From Azolla caroliniana (lineage: Eukaryota > Plantae > Polypodiophyta): 64,000 nt of DNA. This document shows, in pieces, positions 10,942 through 28,018 of this stretch. The notes under the pieces are model-generated. The model made no database searches, had not been told where the DNA came from, and was given only the letters and a program-made list of their open reading frames with translations. Position 1 is the stretch's first letter, and each line of letters starts with the position of its first letter. The translations under genes were made by a program, and so were the position numbers. The stretch lies in contig JBHGNT010000002.1 of NCBI GenBank assembly GCA_043228905.1, positions 23,126,001-23,190,000 of the forward strand, given 5' to 3'.

Positions 10942-13131
10942 TCAGCAATCATTACCCAACATTTGGTGGCCAAATTTTGAGCTTGATGTAAGCAATGATC
11001 TCCACCCTGTTATATCTGGTAAATGTGGCATTCTTCTTATCAAAGCTTTGGCCTCATCAAGCCAACCTCCCCTAGCTAGAAGATCAACAATACAATTAAC
11101 GTGCTCTATACAAGGTGTAATACCATACTCATTTTGCATAGCTTTGAAAACCATAAGCCCATATTCTATATTACCACCATGGCAGCATGCAGATAAGACA
11201 CTTGTAAAAGTTCTCTCATCAGGCTGGATTCCTCGGCTTTGCATCTCTTCGAAACATCTTCTTGCTAAAATGCTATTGCCATGTTGAACACATCCGGCAA
11301 TCATTGTATTCCATGATGCAAGGAGATTTGATCTATTGTCAATTATCAAGGTTTTGTATGCCTCTTCCAGCCTCCCATGTTGAATATACATTTCAAGAAG
11401 AGAAATGTTCATAACACTTTTATCAAATCCACTTTTGAAGATTTGCATTAGAATTTGATTGCATTGGTATATTGCCCCGACTTCAGTACATGCTTTCACC
11501 ATGTGAGAACATGTGACTTCATCAAGCATTATGTTTATATCACTTTGTGAGAATTCCTCATAAGCTTGTAAGGCATATACAAAATGACCTTGCCCAACAT
11601 ATGCACATATCAATGCACTCCATGATATTAAATCATGTTTTGGTAATCTTTGAAGCACAATATGAGAAGTGGAAAAATCCCCACAATTTGCATACATTGA
11701 AATAAGCGTGGTTCCAACATCAATATCTAGGTCTAAACCGCTTTGAACAATATGGCAATGCAACAATCTCCCTTGTTCTATAGATTTCTTGTTTCCACAA
11801 GCTTGAATGGTGCATAAGAACATTTGTTTATCCGCTTCAAGACCCATAACATGCATTTCTTTAAACAACCCAAGTGCCACTTCATTGTGCCCATGTAATG
11901 TATATCCTCTAATAAGCACACACCATGAACATAGGCTGGGATCAGGTAGGTCATCGAATACTTTATGAGCTTCAGTTAATGCACCATAGTTTACATATAG
12001 TTCAATAAGTGTACTTCCAATGGTCATGTGGGAGTGAAATCCATTTCGGACAATCGCATCATGTATGATTCTACCCCATGCTAACTGTCCATAATGAGAA
12101 CAAGCACCTAGCATGCATCCGAACGAAATATTATCGGGTGAAATGCCCTCTTCTTGCATTTTCTCATATAGTTCAAAAGCGAGGTCATTATGTTCATGTT
12201 GGACACACCCAACAAGTAAAGCATTCCAATTCACTCTTGTTCTTATGCAAGAATAGCTATCAAATAATGACATTGCTTCAATTAATGTACCACATTTAGC
12301 ATACATGTTAACTATACTTCCACCAACAATCACATCCATTTCGAGCTCCGATTTAATGATGAAATCATGTATACACATGCCCTCCTGTATAGCTGCAATA
12401 CTGCTACATGCTTTGAGTATAGATGAGAGTGTAACTTTGGTGGGTTTAATGTTAGCATTATTCATTTCTTCATAGAGTTTAAGAGCAAGAATGTCGTGGC
12501 CATGCTGGATATAACCCACAATTAATGCATTCCAAGATACCACATCTTGGGTTCTTAGAGCATTCAATACATCATTTGCTTCATTCAAACATCCACAATT
12601 TGTATACATGTCAATCATAGCGCTTCTTATATATTCGTCCAAATCATGACCAATTTTAACCATCTTGCTATGCAACATTTGCCCTTTTCTCTTCATTTTG
12701 AGGCTACCAAATGCCTTAAAAATGCATGAAAATATATATTTGTTGGGCTGAACATCGCCTTCTTCTTGCATTACATCATACAAATGAATAGTCGTGGCGT
12801 ATTCTCCATATTTAATATACGAAGACATGATGGCATTCCATGTGTACATAGAAGGGTCGATGACCTTACAAAATGTTATTGAAGCTTCAAATAATGAACC
12901 ATTCCATGAGAACAATCGAATGGCATGGTCTCCGAGAGCTGAGAAGGCATCAAACCCATAACAACACATGAGCAAATGGACTTGTTTACACGAAAGCAGG
13001 TCCTTTTTAAGTGTACAAATCTGCAAAACATCATATATGGTGTCTCTGGAAGGAAGGAACCCATGCTGATGCATGGTATACAACGATTGAATGGAGATGG
13101 AAGATCTGTGATGAGGCATGCCATCGCCCAC
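10942..13131 (-). CDS. PLS-class PPR protein ending within the E1 motif, 729 aa
   Basis: Repeated PPR motifs (DVVSWNALIVGY, SIVNMYAKCGTL, PDERTFTSVLSACCHGG). C-terminus EHVNCIVDLLARGGWLDEA...MPHLPDITGWRSLL...GNDC*. Confidence 0.92.
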   Translation of the reverse strand: MGDGMPHHRSSISIQSLYTMHQHGFLPSRDTIYDVLQICTLKKDLLSCKQVHLLMCCYGFDAFSALGDHAIRLFSWNGSLFEASITFCKVIDPSMYTWNAIMSSYIKYGEYATTIHLYDVMQEEGDVQPNKYIFSCIFKAFGSLKMKRKGQMLHSKMVKIGHDLDEYIRSAMIDMYTNCGCLNEANDVLNALRTQDVVSWNALIVGYIQHGHDILALKLYEEMNNANIKPTKVTLSSILKACSSIAAIQEGMCIHDFIIKSELEMDVIVGGSIVNMYAKCGTLIEAMSLFDSYSCIRTRVNWNALLVGCVQHEHNDLAFELYEKMQEEGISPDNISFGCMLGACSHYGQLAWGRIIHDAIVRNGFHSHMTIGSTLIELYVNYGALTEAHKVFDDLPDPSLCSWCVLIRGYTLHGHNEVALGLFKEMHVMGLEADKQMFLCTIQACGNKKSIEQGRLLHCHIVQSGLDLDIDVGTTLISMYANCGDFSTSHIVLQRLPKHDLISWSALICAYVGQGHFVYALQAYEEFSQSDINIMLDEVTCSHMVKACTEVGAIYQCNQILMQIFKSGFDKSVMNISLLEMYIQHGRLEEAYKTLIIDNRSNLLASWNTMIAGCVQHGNSILARRCFEEMQSRGIQPDERTFTSVLSACCHGGNIEYGLMVFKAMQNEYGITPCIEHVNCIVDLLARGGWLDEAKALIRRMPHLPDITGWRSLLTSSSKFGHQMLGNDC

Positions 13132-13991
13132 ATCACATATACTACACAGGCACTATCTATCTATCTATCTATCTCTATCTGTATCTCTCAGAACAGAGAT
13201 TAGTGATCAAAGGGTTCATTCATTATTCACATCAAGAAAGAACCCTACACAAACATCTCTTACAAATTACAATTTTTATGAACACAATAACAAAGGTGTC
13301 TCTATTAGGTGATGGTTGATCAATCAATCCCTAGGTTTTCGGTAAGACCAATGTCAATGATAAATTACCGCCGAAACCTAGATATCTCTCTCGTTAAAGT
13401 TGTTCCGGAGAATGGGGCACCTCTAAACATGTTCTCGTACAACAGTATATTGCAGAGTTACATTGTTTGAGGATTGATTGAAATTGTTAATCACACTTTT
13501 CCCATAGTGTAAGGAACAAAAATCTATCACTATGGTCCATGGTCGATCATGTTGGAGTTTTCGATCCTCACTTTCTCAACCTTAGCTAAATCCTACACAC
13601 TTTTGCCTCAACTAGTAACTACACTTTCAGTTGCAATGTTCTAATACAATCTATCTCTGATTGTCAAGGATGAATCACCAACTCCAAACTAAAATTGTGC
13701 AAATATGTTTCACTTTGGCTCTTAGCTCTTATTTGACCGTTGTTGATGATTACAAATAGTTTGCTTGTGAGCAAAGGTAAAACCAACACAATGGTAGTTA
13801 GAACCAAACTGTCCATGATATATTAGTGCGTTACTTAAAGGGTTGACTCAATAAACCTCCTAGCTAGCATCATAACGATGGGGAGCATGCAAAGAATGTT
13901 GGACCCAAGAGTTTCGTGGCTTTCAATATGTGCAATTGATCTTCTATAGAAGGCAAATTATGGGTAAGGATGACTTTGAGAAAGTGTGGAG

Positions 13992-14238
13992 GATGAAAAC
14001 CCAAAATTGGAACAACGACCCATCACATAAGGATGCTCTCAAAGATTGACAGGGTGCCAATCGAAGACAATGCTTTTTGTCAGGGTATGTGTGTGTGTAT
14101 GCGTGGAGGATGTGTTCCATGATGAAAACCAAGAATTGAAACAATGACCCATCACATAAGGATGCTCTCAAAGATCGGTAGGATGCCAATCGAGGACAAT
14201 GCTCTTTATGAGGGTGTGTGTGTGTGTGTGTGTGTGTG
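13992..14238. repeat. Tandem duplication, 2 x ~129 bp, ending in (GT)n
   Basis: GATGAAAACC...GACCCATCACATAAGGATGCTCTCAAAGAT occurs at 13992 and 14121. Confidence 0.85.
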
Positions 14239-14431
14239 CGACCAAGGTGAAAAGACATGACGTCTTATCGTTTGCATCGTGCGAATGGGACATAAAAGGG
14301 AATCAGGGATCAAATATCATAATCTTGGGGGGGGGGGGGGCATGCGACATCTACAAATGGTCACGAGAACCACAACATGATGGAGCAGGGGAGGGACTGG
14401 AGCTACATGGTGGCAACACACGAGGGGGGGG

Positions 14432-15157
14432 GGGGGACAAAAATGCGGGAGCCGTGAATTAAACAGTTGCTCGGGCTGAGTTTGGGGGAATCCCACCGGG
14501 CTACCAGACCGCCCAAAACCCAAAAAAAGAAAAAAGAAAAAAAAAAGACAAGTATCGACTCCCCGAGGGAACATTTTCATCCCAATTCCGCGCGTACCCA
14601 GTACCATATGTCAGTGTCTAGTGAGAGTGTCAGAGTTGTCTATGGGCTGTCTCAGACAAAAAGAGATACACTTGTTTGTGTCTCTGGGGTCTCTCTTAGA
14701 CAAAGAGACAGGACAAGACATACACTTGGCACTGGGTGAACATGTGTGTGTTCACACCTGGGCGCCCAAAAGGAGAAATGGCCACTCAACTCAGGGGGAC
14801 AAAAATGCGGGAGCCTTGAATAAAACAGTTGCTCGGGCTGAGTTTGGGGGAAAACCGCCGGGCTACCAGACCACCCAAAACCCGAAAAAAAAACAAAAAA
14901 CAAAAAAATAGACAGGTACCGACTCCCCGAGGGAACATTTTCATCCCAATTCCGCGCGTACCCAGTACCATATGTCAGTGTCTAGTGAGAGTGTTAGAGT
15001 TGTCTATGGGCTGTCTCAGACAAAAAGAGATACACTTGTTTGTGTCTCTGGGGTCTCTCTCAGACAAAGAGACAGGACAAGACATACAATTGACACTGGG
15101 TGGACATGTGTGTGTTCACACCTGGGCGCCCAAAAGGAGAAATGGCCACTCAACTCA
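14432..15157. repeat. Tandem duplication, 2 x ~362 bp, of the RPL17 upstream region
   Basis: GGGGGACAAAAATGCGGGAGCC...GGCCACTCAACTCA at 14432-14793 and 14794-15157, highly similar. Confidence 0.95.
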
Positions 15158-15171
15158 ACTGAGCTCTCACA

Positions 15172-15180
15172 TTAGGGTTT
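15172..15180 (-). promoter_or_regulatory. Telo-box (AAACCCTAA) of the ribosomal protein gene promoter
   Basis: TTAGGGTTT lies ~70 bp upstream of the RPL17 ATG and is followed by a pyrimidine-rich leader. Telo-boxes are established elements of plant ribosomal-protein promoters. Confidence 0.7.
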
Positions 15181-15250
15181 TGTGAGCTCCCTCCTTTTCT
15201 TCAGCTTCTTCTCTGCGGTCAGGAATTTCCTCGCTGCTCGCTGCGCAGCC

Positions 15251-18801
<3,551 letters not shown>

Positions 18802-20469
18802 GGTAGGTAGAGAGATTATTTCAGATGAATCTACATTATGGGAGAGAATAATTAGGAATTTCTAATTTATGTAATGAGATTAATTGTAATTATTTTTGTA
18901 AACCTTGTTTTCCTGTTTATGTAAAATTTCTAGATGAACTAATGTAACACATTAGATTAATTAGGTAATTAACTGACAGGTAGAGATGGATTAACTAAAT
19001 TTAGAGATTAACGGATAGAGTGACGCTTCTTGCTTAGATGTAAATTTTCAATCACTTGATTATGTTAACTAATGGAAGACACATGGACTCATTGTATTGT
19101 GTGTGGTTAGTGATTAGCAGGCTGTCTGGGGAATGAAGCTTTAGGTTCAAAAGCATGGATGGATGGTGCTTTACTTGCTACTGGCCTTTGGTCTAGAGGC
19201 CGAGGTCATTGTTTTTGGTTGGGTTGAGAGATTGAATCCCGTGAAACTTCAATTTTTAAGTTACGAGTTGTGGGGCTCATTGAAGATTTTGTCGTAGGTT
19301 TGGTTTACGAAAAGTATTATTATTGATTGTCCTGTAGATCCACAAGACTTTTACGCTTAATTTTGCATGTGCTTTTTTACATTAGCATTGGTTTTTCTAT
19401 ATAAAAGCTTCCCTTGAGCTTGCTTGTATCAAATATCACGTGGCTTGACTTCAAAACATGTTAATAATTTCGGGATTTTGAATGCCTCAACAGCAAAGCA
19501 TTACTAATTATATTTAGGGTATTGTTTGAATTAAGTATTAAAATTCAACGGTAGCCACAATTTGACTCATACCTTCTAATTGCCTTTCTTCTCATGTCTT
19601 CTTTTTGAATGCAACACATGAGATTTCCAGATATTGAACAGTAAAATTTCGAGCAGATTTTATTACCGAGATATTTTTGCAATTCCTTCCCTTTCAATCT
19701 GGTTTTGTTTTGGGGTTAATTGTTGATGGCCATGAATTCGTTGCATATCTAATACAAAAGGAGGCAAGGGGAGTGTTCCCAACTGGCTCTTCATGAGTTT
19801 GATCCACCACTTATTCTACCTCCCATTTACCTTTCTGGTACCTAAATCCATTCATTTAGTATAGGCAATTCTATGTCAATGTTATATGTGACATTACACC
19901 AATCTCCAAATCATTCATGTTGCCCACAGATGGTTTCCATTTAAAAATCTAATTCATGGTTGAAGGATCGCTTCTTTGTGTTTTTGTTAATAGAGAAATT
20001 TAGCTGATTCTGTGTAAATGAAATATGGGCTTCTTTTCCTATCCTATCTACCGCTACTTTCTTCATGTGGTTTTAAAATCATAATGTTCTTTTAGGTGTC
20101 GTCTCAAAAAATGCTTGGGGTTTGCCTTGGTGATGGGTGTGGGGTTCTTGTCAAATCCCACTAAACTCATGGCACTTAAGAGTCATGAAAATCATGTCAC
20201 ATCACATGAAATTTTAGGGGTTGAATGGCGAGAGTTGTTTATCAAGTTTCTTCCTGAAAATCATGTCACATCACATGAAATTTTAGGGTTTGAATGATGA
20301 ACCACATGTTTCAAGGGGAATTAATTTATCAAGTTTCTTCTTAATATCCATGTTAAATAGTTTACGGCTTTGTAAAGAGGGTTATAATACTTGCATATGG
20401 AACTTTCTCATGTGATTTTGTCCCGTACACAACATTGGTACTATTAATGTAATATATAACATAAGTCCA

Positions 20470-21330
20470 ATTAATTAGCACTAAGTTCTATCTCCAAAGC
20501 ATGTCTATTGGGTATCTAGTTGGATGTTCATGAGCAAATGGACACATCTCAATAACATTTCATGGTAAACTTTATCTAATTTTTATGGTACATCAATATA
20601 ATGCAGAGACAATGATAAAGTTACGTAGTATCTGGCAATATAACATAAATATATTGGGCTCTTTTAATAATAGGACATGTCAATTTCATAGTATCAATAA
20701 TTTGTGTCGTATTATTGAGAATGAAATAGCTAAAAGGGTAAGTGATTTAGACAACCTAAACGAGTAACAAGACATTCGGAATATCGTTCATGTTTTCACA
20801 ATTATGAGTAGAGCATTTTAATAGATATCGAAACTCATGATGATGGCAACACAAAGGCTAACAATCTATCAAAAGTATATAACACAAACTATACTATTAG
20901 TGTTAGGTTCTATCTCTAGACCATATCCATCGGGTTTCCAATTTAATTTTATCTAATTTTCATGATATTCTTGCACAGTACAGACAATGATAAAGTTCTC
21001 TAGTATCTTGCAAGAAAACCATCACTATATTGTGGTCTTTTTGTAATAGTACATATCATACTTCAGTTTCATAGTATCAATAATTTGTGTCTTATTATTG
21101 AGAGTCAAATAACTAGAAAGGTTAGAGATTCAAACAATCTAAATTAATGACAAAACATTTGTAAAATTGGTTGTGTTTACCACATTCGATTGTAGAGGAT
21201 ATAAGTACATGCATGAATCTAGTCCATGTTGATTGCGGATAAGAATAGCTATGAGTGATCTAGATAGTACAAATGAATGGCATAATATTTGTAGGATTGT
21301 TCATGTGTTCCACAACCTATTCCAAGACAT
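20470..21330 (+). pseudogene. Decayed internally repeated sequence with coding-like divergence (family unknown)
   Basis: Two ~400-bp diverged copies plus a third partial copy. Translations are VSDLDNLNE*QDIRNIVHVF, VRDSNNLN**QNICKIGCVYH and MSDLDSTNEWHNICRIVHVFH. Confidence 0.4.
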
Positions 21331-22490
21331 TTAAAGCGGTTAACCAACTTGTTTCAGTTTATGGTGGAATTACCATGATACATTGAGTAGGACAAAAATT
21401 GTATCAACATGGAGCAAAAATTGTGAACTAGAAACAATATGAACAAGAAACACTACTATAAAGGCATATGTGAAAATAGAGAAAAAACATAAACAATGAT
21501 AAAACCACTCATGATACTATCATTGATTTAGAAAGATAGTTTACTTGGGTAAAAAGTCTAACAAAACGACTTACATATGTGTGTTTAATCATTGCACATA
21601 TTAGTACAAACAAAGAAATTAAGTTTGATGAAACTTAATTAACTTGCTAATTGAGTATGTGGAAATAAAAAAATACAAAAATCATCAAAATGATTGATGC
21701 CAATTTGTTTGAACCAAAGTATTCACTTTACCATGTCCCCCAGGCCCCCAGGCCAGTAGGCTGTAGCGCGCACATTTGAATGGTACACATGTAGCCTTTG
21801 CGGTTTTCTTGTCATTTAGGTATAGGTACTTGATAGCTCAATGCATACTGGGAATTAAGTGTACACTCTGAGTCCTTTTGAGCTATTCTTTTCCACCACT
21901 TTATGGTGACTGACCCATTGACACGAGTTACAAGACAAACCATTATTAGATGAGAGGACACATGATAAAATTGCCATGATAAATACTATAGTACAAATAC
22001 ATCGCAATGTTCTCGTGAAATGACAAAGTTTGAGTCAATTGCATTGGTTTAACACTCTAATGTAACAATACTATACTCCTTGTTCAACTATTTCTTCTCC
22101 TAAAGAGGGTGTTCGATTTTAGAATATGGCTCGACTCCTGCCATTTTATGTTGTTACATGTGTCATGTTCTGTGAATAGAAAACATACATTAATACCACG
22201 TGACATGTTTTCTCGTGTAGGAAACATATGTTCAAAGACAACAAACTACAACAAACTTATACCAATGTATTGATAGAAATATATGTAGAGATAATACAAA
22301 AAGAGAAGAAAAGACATGGATAAAGAGAATAATATATACCTTGTGTCGGAAGCTCATGGAGTAAGTAGTTGGTCAAGATTGTAGAATCCCTTTGGGGTCT
22401 TCTAGATCCAATTATACGCTGAGATTAAGTTAGAAAGATAATTATCTCAATAGAATATAAGGGTAGCTAAGGCACATACACAATTGATAG

Positions 22491-22523
<33 letters not shown>

Positions 22524-23088
22524 GTAAAGCGAAAAATAATATTAACATTCATGTGAGTTTGGATATACCCAGTGGGCATACAAATGCACAAAATCCACAC
22601 ATTCACAATTTTGTAGGGAACATCTATATGAGGTGATAGCCCATAGACCTAATTACAACAAAATGGCCACCATGTCATTGTATTTATGTCGAGATAAACA
22701 ACATTCAAAGAAGAGTTGGTGATAACTATGTTCCACTACCTTATTAAAAATATCTAGAATGTGAAGTCGCCTCAATTTTTTTTTTGACAAAGAAGAGTTA
22801 TTGATATATATGTTGCTCTATACCTTATTTAAAATATCTAGAATGTAAAGTTGCCATCTTGTAAACTGATTGCTTGACCATTATGCACTTAATTCATTGC
22901 CTTGCCAGACATCATATTGTCCACACAAACCTAAACTTAACAAGGGCAACGATAACAACCAACCTATGATGAAGAGCTAAGACGTATATGGCCAATCAAC
23001 AAAACATAAATACATGCATGCATTGAAACAAACATACATAGATGAGTGGAAACATATATATAATATATAATTCATATACATACGTGAA

Positions 23089-23130
<42 letters not shown>

Positions 23131-23805
23131 AATTGTAGCTTACTTGGTGAGGTTGTCGGGTGTAGATAAGAAAGCACATTGTTTCAATCCCTACATTCCA
23201 CAACACAAGAATCTAGTAACACCTGGGCTTGCCATGATTGTACAAGCCTAATACAAAAAAGAAGGGACCTTACGGACGAAATTTGAGTAGAAAGGTCATG
23301 ATCGACAAACCGTACTACATTATTTCACAAGGTAATGCAATTCAACAAACATGTTGCGGTGACATCTGGGAAAGCGAAATGAATGACGTTTCGCACCCAC
23401 ATTACATCCGACAACATTTTGCAGTAACATCTAGTAAAGTTAGCAAGAGGTTTGGAACCAGTTGGTGCATGGGGTACCAAAAAGAAATGAAAAGAAAGGA
23501 ACTTTGGGTTATTACTAGTTACCTTCAAAAAAGAAAAGAGATCCGAAGATAATTTGAATTGATCACAAGCAATAACTTAAGACTTTGATGAGTTATATAC
23601 ATTATACATGTATGTGTGTGGTGTATGGTTTCTAATAGAATTGAGGATTTGATGGATTATGTGTATATATATATATGTATTTGTGATTATGTATGTAATA
23701 TGTATATTAATATAAGGAAGTCCTTCCCTTGCAGCATCATCAAGATTCTCATCCCAAAGCTCTCACAATAGATGTTACAAGATTCTTACATGAATGATTC
23801 AATAT

Positions 23806-24002
23806 TCCATCCTCATCCATCATGCACCATCATCCATCATCTCATCTATCATTCATCATGCACCATCATCCATCATCTCATCTATCATTCATCATCCATC
23901 ATCCATCATCCATCATCCATCATCCATCATCCATCATCCATCATCCATCATCCATCATCTCATCCATTCATCCATCATCCATCATCTCATCCAATCATCA
24001 TA
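23806..24002. repeat. (CCATCAT)n-type low-complexity satellite
   Basis: Near-pure CATC/CCATCAT repeats. The overlapping His/Ser/Ile ORFs are artefacts of this repeat. Confidence 0.9.
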
Positions 24003-26754
24003 ATCCATAATCTTGATTCTTATTTATGATTGTGAATGAATCCAATCAAAAGCTTTGAAGCTTAAGGAGAAAATAGAAATGGAGAGCTTTAAGCTGAGAG
24101 ACTTGATGATGTTGCAAATAAAAAAAAACTCATCCATATTTATTTATTATATTGCTAATGATATAGATAATCAGTAGCCATATCAGAAGTTATGTGCAAA
24201 AAGAAGAAAACACACAGAAATCCTTAAAGAGTCAAAAACACTTAGAATAATATTGCTCTGTTTCTCTAATCTTTACTCTGTTTTGGTAGTGCAACATACG
24301 TAATAATATACACATGAACATAGAGAAGGTTAATAATGTTGGTAACAACATGATATACACATGAACATAGTGAAGGTTAATAATGTTGAAATCACACACT
24401 ATTATATGAAAGTGTATGTGTGACACACCTTTCATTCCTAGACCACAAGAAGGGAACCCCACAATTATCATTTTCTACGCCGACGTTTACACACCTACCT
24501 TTGTTACTTCGTATATATGACGAGAAGACACCACTCTTCTTTTGATCCTTGCCAGGCCCTCTTATAAGAACTTGCGGAACTCGATCCCCCATCTGGTCGT
24601 ACTCCACCTTTTGTGTATGTCAAATCTTTGGTTGATTTGTGTCACTCGTAGACCACACAGTCTCATGCCCCTCAAGGACCAGACACTCTGTTTGCATTAT
24701 CGAGCTTGTGCCAAACTTGTGCCATGCGAATCCTCACACATATGATATTCCACCATGCACACCTAGTCATCACTCAAAAAACATTTTGCACAAAATCCTA
24801 GTGCACCATCTCAGTTATCGTGCACATATTATATTAATCTTTAGACGTAGACATTGGCCTTTTTTCTTTATACATAGTGTTGTTCCTTACAACACCACCT
24901 AAATTTATTCTTCTCTCTTCTCTCTTTTTTCTCTTGATCTCACATTCACACGAGTGGACCTCCATTTGTAGCTATCATAGTGGACCACAAATTCATATCT
25001 AGACAAAAGACGCACACAAGCACACATTGAAATTTTACTCTTAAAAAGTAGTTTTCTTCTATGATGTGCACATGCATCCCAATAACTCTTCGACATTGTA
25101 GACTCCATCCCATATACGACAAAAACATCTCACATGTCGATGCACATGACAGGTGATACAAATTTGAATGAATCATACCTAAAACAAGTAAATCTTAGAT
25201 TTGTTAATATCAGAACTTATTGTTCGTTGATTTTTTGTGCCTAAATCCAATCATTATTCTAACAACTTTGAATGCCAAACCTTGCATGTGATGATAACTA
25301 CGAATAAATTAATTAGAGTGTTTGCAAGATAACGACCTCTTACCAAGCGCAAAGCTACTATTATGCTACCATTTGAAACTTAAATAATGATAGTATAATG
25401 ACAACTCATGTTGGATATCAATCACATACCCAAACTTACCAATTTCATATTAGCATTACTCTTCATGTTGCAAAACTCAAACCATCCCCAAGTGAGGATA
25501 AGGTATACTAGTTCTCACGTACAATGATATAGATGTCGAGAGAGACAAATGGGGGTGGGGTTGGTTCATATTTTCCATCGTCAATTGTAAAAATCGATAC
25601 TCTTGATAAAAAGGTATTGTGATCATTTTTTTGTACATAACCATACCAAGTTGTTTGGATCTATAATATATGTTAAAATTTTTACATTTCAATTCTTTGG
25701 CTTTGATATGATTTGGTTTTCCTCATTTAACATTGAATGTCATGTTTGTATTCTTTCCATGTAAGATCTGCATCTTTCTTTTACAACTCATGGTCTCGTG
25801 CTTGGAGCCGATTGTCCCTTGTGATTAAAAAGTGTTAAGTTTGTACATAAATACCACTTATTACATTTCCTCGTAGTCCATTGAACACACAATGAATAAT
25901 ATGATAAAATATTATGCATTCCAATTCACAATGCCACTATTCCTTTTATACACTAAAATCAACGCAAGCATCAACACTTTTACTTTTCCATCATACTTTT
26001 CCGAAAGAAATTATGGCTGTGATTATCACTCCCATGAAATGACTATGTCCATAACCCTTAGGTCATTCAATTGTCAAATGTTTTGATTGTGTGGAAGTCT
26101 TTTTTCCATATAGTAAGGCATACTAAATCCTATAACAACATATCCTTTTAGACGGGCTTTCCATTATGCTCATTAACATAGTCACGGGGGAAGCAGAAGG
26201 AAAATGTTCCCAAGGATGTAAGGATATGCATGATTCTATAAGATCTAGTGATCAAGGGCTAATAAATGAGGATATCGACATGGTCTAGTTGTTGATCTAT
26301 ATCGATGCAACGTGAGACGTAAGGACAAGATCCATATGAAACATGTAGGTTAGCTTGAAAATGATAGGGATAACAATGGTTATAAATTTCATGTTTTAGA
26401 CTATATCTTAGATGGTAATGGAAAATTGAAATCACATTTCCTTCTTGTCAAGCTACACAATAGGGCTCTATGTCGGTATCCTTATATTTGCAAGTTCTAT
26501 TAGGGGAGTGCTATACTTATGAGCATTTAAGACACCATATTGAAAATGGATCCATGTCAGCATCCTTATTAGAATGCTTCCACCACACTATTCCAAGAGC
26601 ACTTCATTTGTATATGTGTTGATTTGGTCGTTTTGTTGTACCAAACTTATAATAGTAGGGAATTTGCATTGCAAGTTGGTTTTGGTCCCATGAGTCTTGT
26701 TCTTGGCCCTCCTAATATCATCATCTATACACAGATATTCACACATAAAAAGTT

Positions 26755-26798
<44 letters not shown>

Positions 26799-27569
26799 TG
26801 TATTTATTAGAAAGCAACTCATAGTATAAAAAAGTAAAAACACTAGAATCCATGTGAATACGATGGTAAAGGGGGAACTTCATCAATGGATGATTGAGAG
26901 TGAGCAACTGAAAACAATCCTACACATATGTCCAATAGGAAGAGGTGCATTGGTGAGGTAACCATTTAGGCTCACTACTATTGTATAAGCAAGAACCTTA
27001 GAAGGCACTCTAAGGTTAAGCCATTAACCACATCCTTTGAGTTTTATTTGTATTTGCTCACTTAGGAGCACATAAGACACAACATTGTTGTATTAAACCT
27101 TTTTTGTAGTTACGCTTAAGCATTTTACATCATATATCTTTGTTTTGCTCTTTACTTCATTGTGTTATTCTCAAACATCTACTTGTGTAATACTCTCGCA
27201 TTTCCGTAGAATATTATAAAATAGTGTTAGAGCTTTGAGATTCTATACATGGTTTTTTACAAAGCTTTGGGGAAGAATATAACTTAAGAACAATAAAGTT
27301 TATACAAGTTTGTGGGTAAAGCGCACAATATCAACAACTAGAAACACATTGGGGATTCTGATTGTGTGAGGTGTATTGACTAGCTACCAACAATCTTTGA
27401 TGAACAACTAGATGGTTTGAACTATGCATGGTGGAATTTGATAATAATCACCATGTTGGATTTTTATGTATTGTTGAACATCTTGTGAAGGCCACACAAA
27501 GAACCATAGACAACCATAAATCCAAAGCACTTCACTAATGAAACCATATCCACTATGCGTTTGCAAATC

Positions 27570-27998
27570 ATGGACAAGGCACAATGTTATAATGGTTGTA
27601 GGAGAAATCAATTCATACATTTGTTCAACATACTATGAAGGAGAGGAATCCGTAGAAAATTCATCAAGATCAATATGAAACTAAGAATGAAATCATAATC
27701 CAAATGCTCTAGCATTGGCTATCTTCTAAAAGAATGGAAGATGATGAGAATGTTGAAGACTTCATCACAAGGAGAAAACTTCTTTGAGATTAGCTAAAAA
27801 ACAATCGGTTGTATGCATTGGGTTATCAAGTAATTATAATTACCCAGTCTATTACATCTTACGACATAGATTACAACTTGCATGTTGAAACGCACTTTTC
27901 TAGATGCTAGAATCCTTAAAGTATCAAGGAGATGCTGCAACATAAGAATGCTTGGAATGAATCCTTAACTTCCAATATTATGACAATCCATTAAACAA
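27570..27998 (+). mobile_element. Decayed Ty1/copia gag remnant
   Basis: Translation includes MEDDENVEDFITRRKLL*D*LKTIG, resembling the copia gag (UBN2-type) motif. Many stops. Confidence 0.5.
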
Positions 27999-28018
27999 AA
28001 TGCCTAATCCAAATCTAT

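Noticed and set aside
23772-24029. His-rich ORFs
   Set aside because: They are translations of the (CCATCAT)n satellite in all three frames.
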